Positions 18,775 through 29,205 of a DNA stretch of 64,000 nucleotides are shown here, piece by piece. The stretch is taken from positions 16,903 to 80,902 of the forward strand of contig DBZK01000020.1 in assembly GCA_002311135.1 (NCBI GenBank), given 5' to 3'. The position numbers were made by a program, and so were the translations under genes. Within the stretch, counting starts at the first letter, position 1. Every line of letters begins with the position of its first letter. Source of the DNA: Dehalococcoidia bacterium UBA1162 (lineage in GTDB: Bacteria > Chloroflexota > Dehalococcoidia > GIF9 > UBA5629). The notes under the pieces are model-generated. The model was not told where the DNA came from and made no database searches. It was given only the letters and a program-made list of their open reading frames with translations.

Positions 18775-20307
18775 CTAATGCTTGAAATGGCGGACGCCCG
18801 TAAATGCCATGGCCATGCCGTATTTATCGGCAGCTTCGATGGACTGCTCGTCTCGTATCGAGCCGCCCACCTGTATAATGGCCGTGACGCCGCCTTTGGC
18901 CGCCAGTTCCACCGTATCCGGGAACGGTATGAAGGCATCGGATCCCATGACACAGCCATTTGACCTGTCGCCGGCACGCTCCAGGGCGATCTGTGCGCTG
19001 ACCGAGCGGTTGGGCTGTCCCGCCCCCATGCCCATCAAGGTGCAATCCTTGACCAGCGTGATGCCGTTGGACTTGATATGCTTAACCGCCTTCCAGGCGA
19101 AGAACAGGTCGTCCCATTCTTTGTTGGTGGGCTTACGTTTGGTCACCACTTTGGGCTTGAACTCCTCCTCGGTGTAGAAGTCCTTGAGCTGCGAAAGGAA
19201 CCCCCCTGTAATGGGACGGAACTCCACGATCTTGCCTTTGGGCACCCTCGCCTCCTGCGGCATGGAAACGAGCCGCAGGGTCTTCTTGCGCCCCAACAGT
19301 TTGAGCGCCTCGTCCGAGTAGCCTGCCGCAATGATAACGTCGAAATGGGTCTTATCCACCTCTGTAGCCAGGTCGAGGTCCATGACCTTATTTACAGCCA
19401 CGATGCCGCCGAAGGCAGCCACCGGATCGCCCGCCAATGCCCGACGATAGGCTTCGGGCAGGTCGTGGTTGCTGGCAAGTCCGCAGGGATTCGTATGCTT
19501 GATAACTGCCACGGTCGGCTCGTCGAAATCGCTGACCACATTCCATGCGGAGTCGATATCCAGGAAATTATTGAAGGAGAGCTCGGGACCTGAGTGGTGC
19601 TTGACCTGAGCGATGCCCCAGACCCTTCTGCCGGCCACCTTCTCCACATATAAAGCAGCAGCCTGATGCGGGTTTTCGCCGTAGCGCAGATTATAGGATT
19701 TCTTAAGCGCCAGGGTGAGATCTCCGGGGAAGGCCTCTCCCTCCAGGAGATACTGCGAGATGGCCGTATCGTAAAGCGCAACGTGCTGAAACGCCTTTTG
19801 CGCCAGTTTCTTACGGAAGGAAAGATCTATCTTGTTATCTTTAAGCCCTGAGAGTATGTATTCATAGTCTGCAGGGTCGACCACCACGAGCACATGAGGG
19901 AAATTTTTCGCTGCGGCACGTATCATCGTGGGCCCGCCGATATCGATATTTTCCAGTGCGTCTTCCAGTGTAACGCCGCTACGGGAGACGGTCTCTACGA
20001 AGGGATAAAGGTTGACCACCACCATATCGATGGGGCTGATCTTATGTTTTTCCAGCTCGTCCATATGCTTGCGCAGGTCGCGCCGCGCCAGTATGCCCCC
20101 GTGCACCATGGGATGCAGCGTTTTCACCCGTCCGTCCAGTATCTCAGGGAAACCCGTGATGTCCGAGACGCTGTGTATTTTGAGGCCGGCCTCCGAGAGC
20201 GATTTCTTGGTGCCTCCCGTGCTGTACACATGTACCTTCAAATCCAGAAGTTGCCGGGCAAAATCGACGATTCCCGCTTTGTTGGATACGCTGAGGATAG
20301 CGCGCAT
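18775..20307 (-). CDS. purH: Bifunctional AICAR formyltransferase / IMP cyclohydrolase
   Basis: MRAILSVSNKAGIVDFAR... and the C-terminal RHFKH are typical of PurH. 510 aa. Confidence 0.95.
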   Translation of the reverse strand: MRAILSVSNKAGIVDFARQLLDLKVHVYSTGGTKKSLSEAGLKIHSVSDITGFPEILDGRVKTLHPMVHGGILARRDLRKHMDELEKHKISPIDMVVVNLYPFVETVSRSGVTLEDALENIDIGGPTMIRAAAKNFPHVLVVVDPADYEYILSGLKDNKIDLSFRKKLAQKAFQHVALYDTAISQYLLEGEAFPGDLTLALKKSYNLRYGENPHQAAALYVEKVAGRRVWGIAQVKHHSGPELSFNNFLDIDSAWNVVSDFDEPTVAVIKHTNPCGLASNHDLPEAYRRALAGDPVAAFGGIVAVNKVMDLDLATEVDKTHFDVIIAAGYSDEALKLLGRKKTLRLVSMPQEARVPKGKIVEFRPITGGFLSQLKDFYTEEEFKPKVVTKRKPTNKEWDDLFFAWKAVKHIKSNGITLVKDCTLMGMGAGQPNRSVSAQIALERAGDRSNGCVMGSDAFIPFPDTVELAAKGGVTAIIQVGGSIRDEQSIEAADKYGMAMAFTGVRHFKH

Positions 20308-20319
20308 ACGAACCCCCCT

Positions 20320-21351
20320 TTATTGTATTATGACTCTTTCGCTGCCGTTGGATTTGATGACCCTGCCCATCTCCACTATATCCGGCAGGCTGTTCTTGAG
20401 CTTGCCAAGTGTATCGCCCTGTTCGGGGCAGATTACAACCATGCCGATGCCCATATTGAATACATGGAACATCTCTTCATCCCTGACATTACCACGTTTT
20501 TGAATAAGCTCGAATATGCCGGGTATCCTCCATGCGGAGCGGTTGATCTGTACCGAAAGGCTTTCAGGCAGTATGCGCGGTATGTTACCCACGAATCCAC
20601 CGCCCGTGATATGCGCCAGGCCGTGAATATTATCCAGGAAGGGTTTGAGCTCATTGTGATAGCAGCGATGCGGCTGCAGCAGGGCCTCTCCCAATGTCAT
20701 CCCCAGCTCGGGATAAAACATCTTCAGTGACAGCGCATCGCGGTCGATGCCGAAAACCTTGCGCACCAGTGAATAGCCGTTGGTATGCAGGCCGCTGGAG
20801 GGCAGGCCCAAAACAACATCCCCTTCGGCGATCCTATCGCCTTTTATGATCCTGGATTTCTCTACAACGCCCACGATGAATCCGGCCAGGTCGTAATCAG
20901 CGGACTTGTACATGCCCGGCATCTCTGCCGTCTCGCCCCCGATCAGGGCGCATTCAACCTCTTTGCAGGCCTGCGATAGCCCCGAAACAATGGCTGCCAC
21001 CTTGTGTGGCATGAGCTTGCCCAGGGCGATATAGTCGAGCATAAACAGCGGGTTGGCGCCACAGCACAGGATGTCGTTAACACAGTGATTGACCAGGTCC
21101 GCGCCCACGGTATCGTGCTTGTCCATCAACACAGCTATCTTAAGCTTGGTACCTACGCCGTCGGCGCTGGAGACCAGCACAGGATCATGATATTGTTTTA
21201 GTTTGAAAAAGGCCCCGAAATGGCCGATATCCGTCAGGACCTCAGGGCCGAAGGTGGAGCGCGCCAGCTCCTTTATGAGGTCCTTGGTCTTATCGGCTGC
21301 TGATATGTCTACGCCGGCCTGGCTATAGGCATCTTTATGTCTCGATTTCAC
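20320..21351 (-). CDS. purM: Phosphoribosylformylglycinamidine cyclo-ligase (AIR synthetase)
   Basis: YSQAGVDI near the N-terminus and the overall PurM layout. The ORF opens at 21450, but GGAG plus 5 nt precedes the GTG at 21351, which gives 343 aa and a 17-nt overlap with the purF end. Confidence 0.9.
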   Translation of the reverse strand: MKSRHKDAYSQAGVDISAADKTKDLIKELARSTFGPEVLTDIGHFGAFFKLKQYHDPVLVSSADGVGTKLKIAVLMDKHDTVGADLVNHCVNDILCCGANPLFMLDYIALGKLMPHKVAAIVSGLSQACKEVECALIGGETAEMPGMYKSADYDLAGFIVGVVEKSRIIKGDRIAEGDVVLGLPSSGLHTNGYSLVRKVFGIDRDALSLKMFYPELGMTLGEALLQPHRCYHNELKPFLDNIHGLAHITGGGFVGNIPRILPESLSVQINRSAWRIPGIFELIQKRGNVRDEEMFHVFNMGIGMVVICPEQGDTLGKLKNSLPDIVEMGRVIKSNGSERVIIQ

Positions 21352-22765
21352 TGAGGCTCCTCGCAGATGTCGTAGGCAGAGTCTCCAGTTGCAGTTTATC
21401 CATCTCGAGTTGAACCGGCATGGGATAGTCTCCGGTGAAGCAGGCGGCACAGAATATATCGCTGGGCTGCCCCACAGATTCGATCAGCCCCTCCATACTC
21501 ATATAACCCAGCGTATCGGCGCCGATAGCATCCCTGATTTCGGATACGGATTTCTGTGCGGCGATTAGCTCCCAACGCGTGGCCATATCTACACCGAAAA
21601 AGCAGGGATAGCGGATGGGCGGCGCACAAATCCTCATATGCACTTCCCGGGCTCCGGCTTTCCTCAACATATTGATGACCCTGGGAGTTGTGGTGCCACG
21701 GACGATGCTGTCATCCACCACGATAAGCCGTTTGCCCGATATCTCCTGTGAAAGCGGGTTGAACTTGAGGCGCACGCCCAGCTCGCGCAGCCTCTGATCA
21801 GGCTCGATAAAGGTGCGGCCTACATAGCGGTTCTTAAGCAGCCCCTCATGGTAAGGGATTCCCGATGCCCTTGCATAGCCTATGCCGGCCGCCGTGGCGG
21901 AATCCGGGACCCCGATCACGATATCGGCATCCACAGGATGCTCGCGCGACAGGATAGCCCCCATCCTCTCGCGGATTGTATATATCAGCTTGCCGTTAAG
22001 TACGCTGTCCGGCCGGGCAAAATAAATATATTCAAAGATGCAGAGGGCTCTGCGTATGCTCTCGATGCGTGTGCTGCGCACGCCGCCAGCATCGATCGTC
22101 ACGATCTCACCAGGCTCGATCTCCCTCACGAACTGTGCGCCGATGTGGTCGAGGGCGCAGGTCTCCGAAGCCAACACCCAACCACCATCCAGGCTGCCCA
22201 GGCAGAGGGGCCTGACACCCATGGGATCTCGCACACCGTAGAGCTTATCGCTGGACAGCACCACCAGGGAATAGGCGCCCTGCAGGCGGCGCATGGCGTA
22301 TTTTATCTTGCCTTCGACATCCTTATCGGGAGCCGACAGCACAAGATCGGCTATCACCTCGGAATCGGTCGAGGAGTTAAAGTTGAAGCCCTTTTCTTCA
22401 AGTTCGACGCGTAGCGAGCCGGAGTTGGTTATATTGCCGTTATGGCCCAGGGCCAGGTTGGTGTCGACTGTCCCGACCAGCACGGGCTGGGCATTGCAGA
22501 GAACGCTGGAGCCTGTGGTGGAATAGCGGTTGTGGCCGATGGCGATGTTGCCTTTAAGCTGTGCCAACTCCTCTTCGTTGAATACTTGTGATACGAGGCC
22601 CATATCCGTATGTATATAGATCTTCCCGCTCTCGGCGGTAGCGATGCCGGCGCTTTCCTGCCCGCGGTGTTGAAGCGCGTATAGGGCAAAGAAAGTTACT
22701 CTGGCTACATCTACTCCGGGGGCGTAAATACCGAAAATGCCGCAACTTTCGTGCAAATCATGCAT
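21335..22765 (-). CDS. purF: Amidophosphoribosyltransferase
   Basis: N-terminal propeptide followed by the CGIFGI nucleophile. PRPP-binding block VVDDSIVRGTT. Confidence 0.95.
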   Translation of the reverse strand: MHDLHESCGIFGIYAPGVDVARVTFFALYALQHRGQESAGIATAESGKIYIHTDMGLVSQVFNEEELAQLKGNIAIGHNRYSTTGSSVLCNAQPVLVGTVDTNLALGHNGNITNSGSLRVELEEKGFNFNSSTDSEVIADLVLSAPDKDVEGKIKYAMRRLQGAYSLVVLSSDKLYGVRDPMGVRPLCLGSLDGGWVLASETCALDHIGAQFVREIEPGEIVTIDAGGVRSTRIESIRRALCIFEYIYFARPDSVLNGKLIYTIRERMGAILSREHPVDADIVIGVPDSATAAGIGYARASGIPYHEGLLKNRYVGRTFIEPDQRLRELGVRLKFNPLSQEISGKRLIVVDDSIVRGTTTPRVINMLRKAGAREVHMRICAPPIRYPCFFGVDMATRWELIAAQKSVSEIRDAIGADTLGYMSMEGLIESVGQPSDIFCAACFTGDYPMPVQLEMDKLQLETLPTTSARSLSEIET

Positions 22766-22884
22766 CGGATTACATATGGATTATAAGGCTTTTAGCGCTT
22801 GACGGTCAATCAATAGCATCGAGATGGGATCGAGCTTCTCCGATCAATACAGCCGCCGGTGGGGCATGGTGAGCGCAGCCTGTT

Positions 22885-23649
22885 CTAGGTTACCTGTTCA
22901 GCCAGCCATTTCATGGCCGTGGTGACAGCTCTCTCATCCTGCCGCAGTCTGTGCCCGGCGCCCGGCAATATAACCTTCTGTTTTGGCTCGCCTGCCTCAA
23001 CGTAAAGCCGATCGGCCTGCTCCACCGGCACGGTCTCGTCCTCATCACCGTGTACCAACAATAACGGCCTGGGAGATATCTTCTTAACATGGTTAATGGG
23101 AGCGATGGTTTTAAAGCCCTCCAGCCATTTATCCACCAAAGGAGGAAAAGCCGGGTCTTTGATTACACCGATCTCCCTGAACCTGTTTATCAACGAATCC
23201 ACAGTCACGCCACTGGCCATGAAATTGAACTCCGCCGGGCAGGCGAAAGTAGCTACCGCGTGTATCCTGGGGTCGCTGGCAGCAAGGTAGACACAGACGG
23301 CCGCGCCTCCCGATGATCCCAGCAGGCATATCCTGGACTTATCGACTTCGGGCAGCATATTTAGAAAGTCGACGGCCGCGGCCAGGTCGTGGGTCCAGCC
23401 CAGCATATCGATATTGCCCTGGCTGGGGCCACAGCCCCGAAAGTTGAAAATCATGGAGACAAAACCGGCTTCGCAGAACCTGGCAGCCAGCTCGGAGTAG
23501 CCGCCCTTTTCATCCGGGTTATACGGTACGGCAGGTATGCCGTGGCAGATACAAATTGCAGGATAAGATTTTTCGCAGTCATCGGGGATATATACCTCCC
23601 CGGCGATCATAAGCTCATCGGCGCAAAGGATGACGGAAGAATTTTTCAC
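22885..23649 (-). CDS. Alpha/beta hydrolase (dienelactone hydrolase / S9-like)
   Basis: GSSGG nucleophile elbow, plus late HGDEDE and GAGH motifs. The start is uncertain: the ORF opens at 23715, and the GTG at 23649 forms a GTGA overlap with the upstream stop. Confidence 0.7.
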   Translation of the reverse strand: MKNSSVILCADELMIAGEVYIPDDCEKSYPAICICHGIPAVPYNPDEKGGYSELAARFCEAGFVSMIFNFRGCGPSQGNIDMLGWTHDLAAAVDFLNMLPEVDKSRICLLGSSGGAAVCVYLAASDPRIHAVATFACPAEFNFMASGVTVDSLINRFREIGVIKDPAFPPLVDKWLEGFKTIAPINHVKKISPRPLLLVHGDEDETVPVEQADRLYVEAGEPKQKVILPGAGHRLRQDERAVTTAMKWLAEQVT

Positions 23650-24341
23650 AGAGTGAATACTCCGAAGGCCGCCAATATCAGGAAGCCCCATGCTAATACA
23701 ACCAGGATGCTCCACACAATTTTATTCCAGTGGAAAATGTTCACGCCGTCCAGCGGGCCGAAGGGTATCAGGTTGAAAGCAGCCAGCCACCAGTTCAACT
23801 GAAATCCGAACTTGGCGATGAGTGTCAAAATGTTGAACGGATATGAGTTGAAGGTCGTGCCAAGTATTTCCAGGTGCCAGCGGAAATCACCGGCCAGGCC
23901 CCACGAGTAACGGAAGTAAAACATGATAAAAAACAGTACCCCCAACACCAGGTTGGTGACCGGTCCTGCACAGGAAATATGACCCTCCTCTTTGATGCTC
24001 AGTTGGCGGGAAGAGATGGTATTCACAGCCCCCGGAGCCAAAAAGATAAATGTGCCGAAGCTCAGGACGGAAGTGGCGATGGCCAGAATCAAGCCGGGCT
24101 TCCAGATCCTGAATTCCGCCCAGCAGCCGTAGCTCTGAGCCACCAGCTTGTGAGCCACCTCGTGAAAGAAGAACCCCAGGCCTATGGCCACAATGCTGAC
24201 CACAACGTAGACGAAGAAATTCATCAGGTTAGTGGAGAAGGGTTCGCCCTCGCGGTTAAAGAACCAGCCGAAGGAGAAGCAGAATCCCATAACCAACATG
24301 CAGATGCCGAGCTGGCCGAGTTCGATTTTACTGAATTTCAT
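23646..24341 (-). CDS. Site-2 protease (M50) family membrane metalloprotease
   Basis: HEVAHKL (HExxH) and NLIPFGPLDG (NxxPxxxLDG) motifs in a polytopic membrane protein. Confidence 0.85.
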   Translation of the reverse strand: MKFSKIELGQLGICMLVMGFCFSFGWFFNREGEPFSTNLMNFFVYVVVSIVAIGLGFFFHEVAHKLVAQSYGCWAEFRIWKPGLILAIATSVLSFGTFIFLAPGAVNTISSRQLSIKEEGHISCAGPVTNLVLGVLFFIMFYFRYSWGLAGDFRWHLEILGTTFNSYPFNILTLIAKFGFQLNWWLAAFNLIPFGPLDGVNIFHWNKIVWSILVVLAWGFLILAAFGVFTL

Positions 24342-25069
24342 ATTTTAAGCGGCCTCATATATATTAGAAATTCCTTATTCCCTTCGGCTCCCAGTATGGG
24401 CGAAGCCGTAAGATTAAGCAACCTGAGGCCGTTTTGATTCATCCACACGATCAAGTTGGCTAAGGTCGCGGCATGGACCGCCGGGGCTTTGACTATACCG
24501 CCCTTGCCGACGTCCTCCCTATCGGCCTCGAATTGTGGCTTGAACAGGACCGCTATATCGCCCGGAGATTTCAGGTGGGGGAGCACGTTGGGTATTACGC
24601 TGGTCACGGATATGAAAGAGAGGTCCATAACCGCCAAATCCACTTTCTGGGGCAGGTCGAACGGGAAATGGGCATTTACTTTCTCCATCACTACCACCCG
24701 GCTATCCCGGCGCAGTCCGTAATCAAGCTGCCCGTAGCCGACGTCCAGCGCATAAACCTTCTTCGCCCCATGCTTCAGCAGGCAGTCGGTGAAGCCCCCT
24801 GTGGAAGCCCCCACATCCAGGCAAGTCAGCCCTTTGACGTCGATTTTAAACTCTTGAAGGGCGTGCTCCAGCTTGAGACCGCCGCGGCTGACGTAGGGCG
24901 GTTTGGCAGCCATTTGTACTTCGGCATCTTCCGCAACCAGGCCTCCTGCTTTAGTCATGACATTCCCGTTAACGGAAACTTCGCCCGCCATGATAACAGC
25001 CTGAGCCTTGATCTTGCTCTCGGCCAGGCCCCTGGTAACCAGCAACATATCCAGCCTTTGTTTTGTCAT
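24338..25069 (-). CDS. tlyA: TlyA family rRNA 2'-O-methyltransferase
   Basis: S4-like N-terminus (RLDMLLVTRGL), FtsJ-like SAM domain (LDVGASTGGFTD). ATGA overlap with the downstream gene. Confidence 0.9.
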   Translation of the reverse strand: MTKQRLDMLLVTRGLAESKIKAQAVIMAGEVSVNGNVMTKAGGLVAEDAEVQMAAKPPYVSRGGLKLEHALQEFKIDVKGLTCLDVGASTGGFTDCLLKHGAKKVYALDVGYGQLDYGLRRDSRVVVMEKVNAHFPFDLPQKVDLAVMDLSFISVTSVIPNVLPHLKSPGDIAVLFKPQFEADREDVGKGGIVKAPAVHAATLANLIVWMNQNGLRLLNLTASPILGAEGNKEFLIYMRPLKI

Positions 25070-25168
25070 ATACCACCCTGCACTCGCCGCCTATATTACC
25101 GCAAGGGGCACGGCCGCGCAAGGTATTCCGTATGTATTTTTGTATATATTCGCGCTCTTGCGGAGGCA

Positions 25169-25197
25169 TTGACTTTGGATTGGCAAGGTGCTATATA
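25169..25197 (+). promoter_or_regulatory. Sigma-70-like promoter for the CoA-transferase/hydratase operon
   Basis: TTGACT, then 17 nt, then TATATA, with a TGn extended -10. Sits about 115 nt upstream of the ATG at 25312. Confidence 0.45.
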
Positions 25198-25311
25198 TAA
25201 TCGAGTATCACAATCTTGCAGCTGGGCGGAGGCGCGTGCGGCTTTTTGTTTAAGTTATACATGGTGAGCATATCCGGGCAATAAATCTGCTTAAAGGAGG
25301 TAAATACACTG

Positions 25312-26469
25312 ATGGGCGGAGCATTATCGGGTATTAAGATCCTCGATTTCGGTCAATATATCGCAGGCCCCTTTGCGGCGCAGTTGCTGGCCGAACAGGG
25401 GGCTGACGTGATCAAAGTTGAGAGGCCGGGGGGTGACCCGTACCGACACGTGGACGGCTTCATGGTCTGGAACCGCAGCAAGAAGGCCATCACGCTGGAC
25501 CTCAAGAAACCTGAGGGATTGAAGATTGCGCTGGATCTGGCCAAGCAGTCGGATGTCATCATCGAAAACTTCAAACCGGGTATGATGGATAAGCTGGGTG
25601 CCGGCTACGAAGCAGTGAAAACCATCAACCCGCGCATCGTCTACTGCTCCATATCCGGCTTCGGCCCGCGGGGTTCCTATTCCAATATTGCCGGCTACGA
25701 CCAACTGGTCAGCGCGCTGGGCTCGGTCTATACCGAGCAAGGCTTCGCTACCCACCCGCTTTACTTAGTGCTTCCTCTGGCCAGCCTGTATTCGGCGGCA
25801 GCGGCAGCCCTGGATATCACGGCCGGGCTGTGCGTGCGTGAGCAGACCGGTAAAGGACAGAAAATCGATATATCCATGTTCCGTGTAATACTTGGTACAT
25901 TCCGGCAATTCCTGGTCGACTTCGAGGGCATGTTCCGTGCGCCCTGGGGTCCGACGGGTCCGATGCCGCTCTATCGTCCCTACCAGTGCAAGGACGGCAA
26001 ATGGCTGTTTACCGGGTTGGGCAACCCCAAATTCTTTACCCTGTTCGCTCTGGCGCTGGGTCACGATGAATGGCTCACCGACCCTCTGTTCGAGGGTGCG
26101 CCCTTCCTGATCTTCCCACCCAGGAACGCCCAGGTGATGGCCATGATCAAAGATATTTACCTGACCAAGACACGTGACGAGTGGATCAAGATGCTCCGCG
26201 ACAACGAGATACCCGTAGCGCCGGTGCAGGCGGTGGCCGAGTTCATGGAAGAGCCGCAGGTCATCGCCAATGATTTGGTGAAAACGCTGAAACAGCCGGG
26301 CGTCGGCATGGTCAAGGAAATGGGCATCCCGATCGAACTCATGCTAACTCCGGGCAAGATAAAAGGGCCGGCGCCCCTGCCAGGACAACATACCAAAGAG
26401 ATACTGAGAACGCTGGGCTACCGCGCAGCGCAAATCAAAGAGTTGAAAAAAGCCGGTGTAGTCAGGTAG
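25312..26469 (+). CDS. Family III CoA-transferase (CaiB/BaiF family)
   Basis: IKILDFGQYIAGPF...LAEQGADVIKVE at the N-terminus, and GYD containing the conserved Asp. Confidence 0.88.
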   Translation: MGGALSGIKILDFGQYIAGPFAAQLLAEQGADVIKVERPGGDPYRHVDGFMVWNRSKKAITLDLKKPEGLKIALDLAKQSDVIIENFKPGMMDKLGAGYEAVKTINPRIVYCSISGFGPRGSYSNIAGYDQLVSALGSVYTEQGFATHPLYLVLPLASLYSAAAAALDITAGLCVREQTGKGQKIDISMFRVILGTFRQFLVDFEGMFRAPWGPTGPMPLYRPYQCKDGKWLFTGLGNPKFFTLFALALGHDEWLTDPLFEGAPFLIFPPRNAQVMAMIKDIYLTKTRDEWIKMLRDNEIPVAPVQAVAEFMEEPQVIANDLVKTLKQPGVGMVKEMGIPIELMLTPGKIKGPAPLPGQHTKEILRTLGYRAAQIKELKKAGVVR

Positions 26470-26480
26470 GAGATGAGAAA

Positions 26481-27668
26481 ATGATGCCATTTGAAAATGT
26501 CAGAATTGCAGATTTCACTACTATGCTGGCTGGCGCCGGCATATGCCGCGAGCTGGCCGACCTGGGCGCTGATGTGGTCAAGATCGAGCCGGTCGACGGA
26601 GACCCCTGGCGCATGCTGGCCGGGGGATTTATGGGCGTCAACCGTGGCAAGCGTTGCGTCGTCATAGACCTGCGTAAGGAAGGCGCCTGCGATATCGCCT
26701 ATAAGCTCATTTCTACCTGTACCATGCTGGTAGAAAATTCCCGGCCAGGTATCATGAAGAAGCTCCGCATGGACTATGACTCGGTCAAGCAGATCAAGCC
26801 TGACATCATATATATTTCCAGTCCGGCCTTCGGCTCACGGGGTCCCGAGGCCACGCGGCCGGGCTATGACCCCGTCCTTCAAGCATGGAGTGGCCAGATG
26901 GAAGGCCAGGGCGGGATCGGACAGACACCCGTCTTTCACAAGATCCAGCTAAACGACGAGATGGGCCCGCTGCTGGGCGCCTTCGGCGCATCGCTGGCGC
27001 TCTTCCACAAGTTGCGGACCGGGCAGGGGCAATTCGCAGAGACTTCCCTTCTGCGCTCCGCCGTTGCGCTGCAATCGGGCAATTTCATCAAATACAAGGG
27101 CATGAAACGCAAGGACCAGGGCAAGCCCGATATCAAGGGGCTGAGCGCCACCAACCGCATGTACCAGGGTATTGACGGCGAGTGGCTTTATGTATATTGC
27201 GCCAGAGAGGAGCACTGGGTTGCCATGTGCGAGGTGCTCGGATTGCAGAAGCTCGTCGGTGATCCCCGCTTTGCCACGGCCGGAGCACGTAAGAAGCATG
27301 ACAGGGAGTTGACCGCTATATTGACCGATAGTTTTCTCATGACGCCAGCCGGCGCCTGGGCACTTCTCCTTCTCGTCAAGGGCGTGCCGGCCGCACGGGC
27401 GCAGAACCTGGAAAGCCTGCTCAAAGACCAGTTCTGTATGGATACCGGCGTTTACGAGTTCCAGCAGCATCCTCAGAACGGCCGAGTGCAGTTGCAGGGT
27501 ATCGTACCCGAATTCTCGGAAACGCCGGGCAAGGTCAGGCGGCCCGCCCCCATGCAGGGCGAGCACACCGACGAGGTCCTGCTGGAGATCGGCTATACCA
27601 GGGAGCAGATCGAGGACTTCAAGGCCAGGAAGCTTGTGGTACAGGCCGTTGTACCTCAGAAAAAATAG
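26481..27668 (+). CDS. Family III CoA-transferase (CaiB/BaiF family)
   Basis: ADLGADVVKIEP and PGYDPVLQAWSGQM motifs. Confidence 0.88.
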   Translation: MMPFENVRIADFTTMLAGAGICRELADLGADVVKIEPVDGDPWRMLAGGFMGVNRGKRCVVIDLRKEGACDIAYKLISTCTMLVENSRPGIMKKLRMDYDSVKQIKPDIIYISSPAFGSRGPEATRPGYDPVLQAWSGQMEGQGGIGQTPVFHKIQLNDEMGPLLGAFGASLALFHKLRTGQGQFAETSLLRSAVALQSGNFIKYKGMKRKDQGKPDIKGLSATNRMYQGIDGEWLYVYCAREEHWVAMCEVLGLQKLVGDPRFATAGARKKHDRELTAILTDSFLMTPAGAWALLLLVKGVPAARAQNLESLLKDQFCMDTGVYEFQQHPQNGRVQLQGIVPEFSETPGKVRRPAPMQGEHTDEVLLEIGYTREQIEDFKARKLVVQAVVPQKK

Positions 27669-27693
27669 GGATAAAAACTATTTGAAAGGTAAA

Positions 27694-28425
27694 TTGGAGA
27701 TCACGCATCCGGCTGAAGGCCTGGCCCTATTGACTATTAACGGCACGGGAAAAAATAACCATGCCGATGTCGGGCTGGCCGGCGAGTTGCGCCAGCTCTG
27801 CGAGGACATCAACTTCGATTCGGGCATCCGGGCGGTCATAATAACTGGCGCCGCCCGCAAAGGCTTCTGCAGCGGAACGGCCGGCGGCAAAAAGTCCGCC
27901 TTCTCACTGTCAGGCCCGGTTGCCGCCTTGAATTGCCCCGTCATCGCCGCCATCAGCGGTGAAGCCTCGGGCATGGGGCTTGAGCTGGCCCTGGCCTGCG
28001 ATATCCGCCTGGCTTCGGTGAGGGCCCGCTTCTCCCTGCCTCATATTGAAAAGGGTCTAGTTCCCTCGGACGGTGCTACCCAGAGGCTGCCGCGCCTGGT
28101 GGGCAGGGCCAAGGCCATGGAACTTATGCTGACCGGGGAAACTATAACAGCCCGGGACGCCCTGCAAATTGGTCTGGTCAACAGGGTATTGCCCCAGAAG
28201 GAGTTGCTGCCATACGCTCTCGAAATGGGAAGGAATATGGCTGGCAAAGCCTCACTGGCGCTTAAATACTGCAAAGAGGCGGTAATGGAGGGGCTGGATA
28301 TGGCGCTCGGGCAGGGCTTGCACCTTGAGGGCGATTTATACTTCCTTTTGCACACTACCGCCGACAGGACCGAAGGGATCACAGCCTTCAAAGAGAAACG
28401 CAAGCCCAGGTTCAAAGGGAAATAG
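27694..28425 (+). CDS. Enoyl-CoA hydratase/isomerase family protein (divergent oxyanion-hole motif)
   Basis: Crotonase layout (LALLTING..., AAISGEASGMGLELALACD). The ORF opens at 27634 inside the upstream gene. A TTG at 27682 or 27694 after GAAAGG is the more likely start. Confidence 0.7.
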   Translation: MEITHPAEGLALLTINGTGKNNHADVGLAGELRQLCEDINFDSGIRAVIITGAARKGFCSGTAGGKKSAFSLSGPVAALNCPVIAAISGEASGMGLELALACDIRLASVRARFSLPHIEKGLVPSDGATQRLPRLVGRAKAMELMLTGETITARDALQIGLVNRVLPQKELLPYALEMGRNMAGKASLALKYCKEAVMEGLDMALGQGLHLEGDLYFLLHTTADRTEGITAFKEKRKPRFKGK

Positions 28426-28453
28426 GTATTTAAGCTCACTAGCGGAGTTGGTC

Positions 28454-29161
28454 ATGTCCGGCTACGAGACCATAACATACGAAAAAAAGAATAAAATAGC
28501 CTTTATCACGCTCAACCGTCCTCAGGTGCTGAATATCTATAACGTGCGCATGCGCGACGAGCTTTATGAGGTCCTGGGGGCCGTCAAAGAGGATTCAGAG
28601 GTATACGCCGTCATCCTGAAGGGAGCGGGCGAAAAGGCTTTCTGCGCAGGCGCAGATTTGAGCGAGTTCCTGTCTGCGCCCTCACCCACAGGCGCTCGAC
28701 GTTCACGCTGGCTGCGCGACGTTTGGGGTAGATTTTTAAGCCTGCCGCAACCTGTTATCGCAGCTCTGCACGGCTACGTGCTGGGGTCTGGCATCGAGAT
28801 GTCCATGTGCTGCGATATCAGGATAGCCTCGGAGGATGCACAGTTCGGCCTTCCCGAGGTGGCGCTGGGCATCATCCCCGCCGCGGGAGCCACTCAGACC
28901 GTCCCCCGCACTATCGGCCTCGGCAGGGCGCTGGATCTTCTGCTGACCGGCCGCCGCATCAACGCACAGGAAGCTTTGCAAATGAAACTGATCAACCGCG
29001 TTGTGCTGAAGGAAAGGCTCTTTCCCGAAGCCGAGTCCCTGGCGGATAAAATAGCCGGCTGGGACCAATGCGCCGTGCGGGCTATCAAGCAGGCAGTCTC
29101 AAGGGGCCTTGACCTGCCGCTGGAGGAGGGGCTGAAGCTGGAAAAAGAAATTATAATTTAA
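28454..29161 (+). CDS. Enoyl-CoA hydratase
   Basis: Canonical ITLNRP, GEKAFCAGADL and GYVLGSGIEMSMCCD motifs. GGAG lies 6 nt upstream of the ATG at 28454; the ORF opens at 28325. Confidence 0.88.
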   Translation: MSGYETITYEKKNKIAFITLNRPQVLNIYNVRMRDELYEVLGAVKEDSEVYAVILKGAGEKAFCAGADLSEFLSAPSPTGARRSRWLRDVWGRFLSLPQPVIAALHGYVLGSGIEMSMCCDIRIASEDAQFGLPEVALGIIPAAGATQTVPRTIGLGRALDLLLTGRRINAQEALQMKLINRVVLKERLFPEAESLADKIAGWDQCAVRAIKQAVSRGLDLPLEEGLKLEKEIII

Positions 29162-29205
29162 TATCAGTAACAAAGGCTGAAAAGAGTACTTTTATTTATT
29201 TCACG

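Noticed and set aside
22766-22884. Possible purine riboswitch or other leader upstream of purF
   Set aside because: I could not find the conserved purine-riboswitch junction sequences or a convincing three-way junction by eye. A covariance-model scan would be needed.
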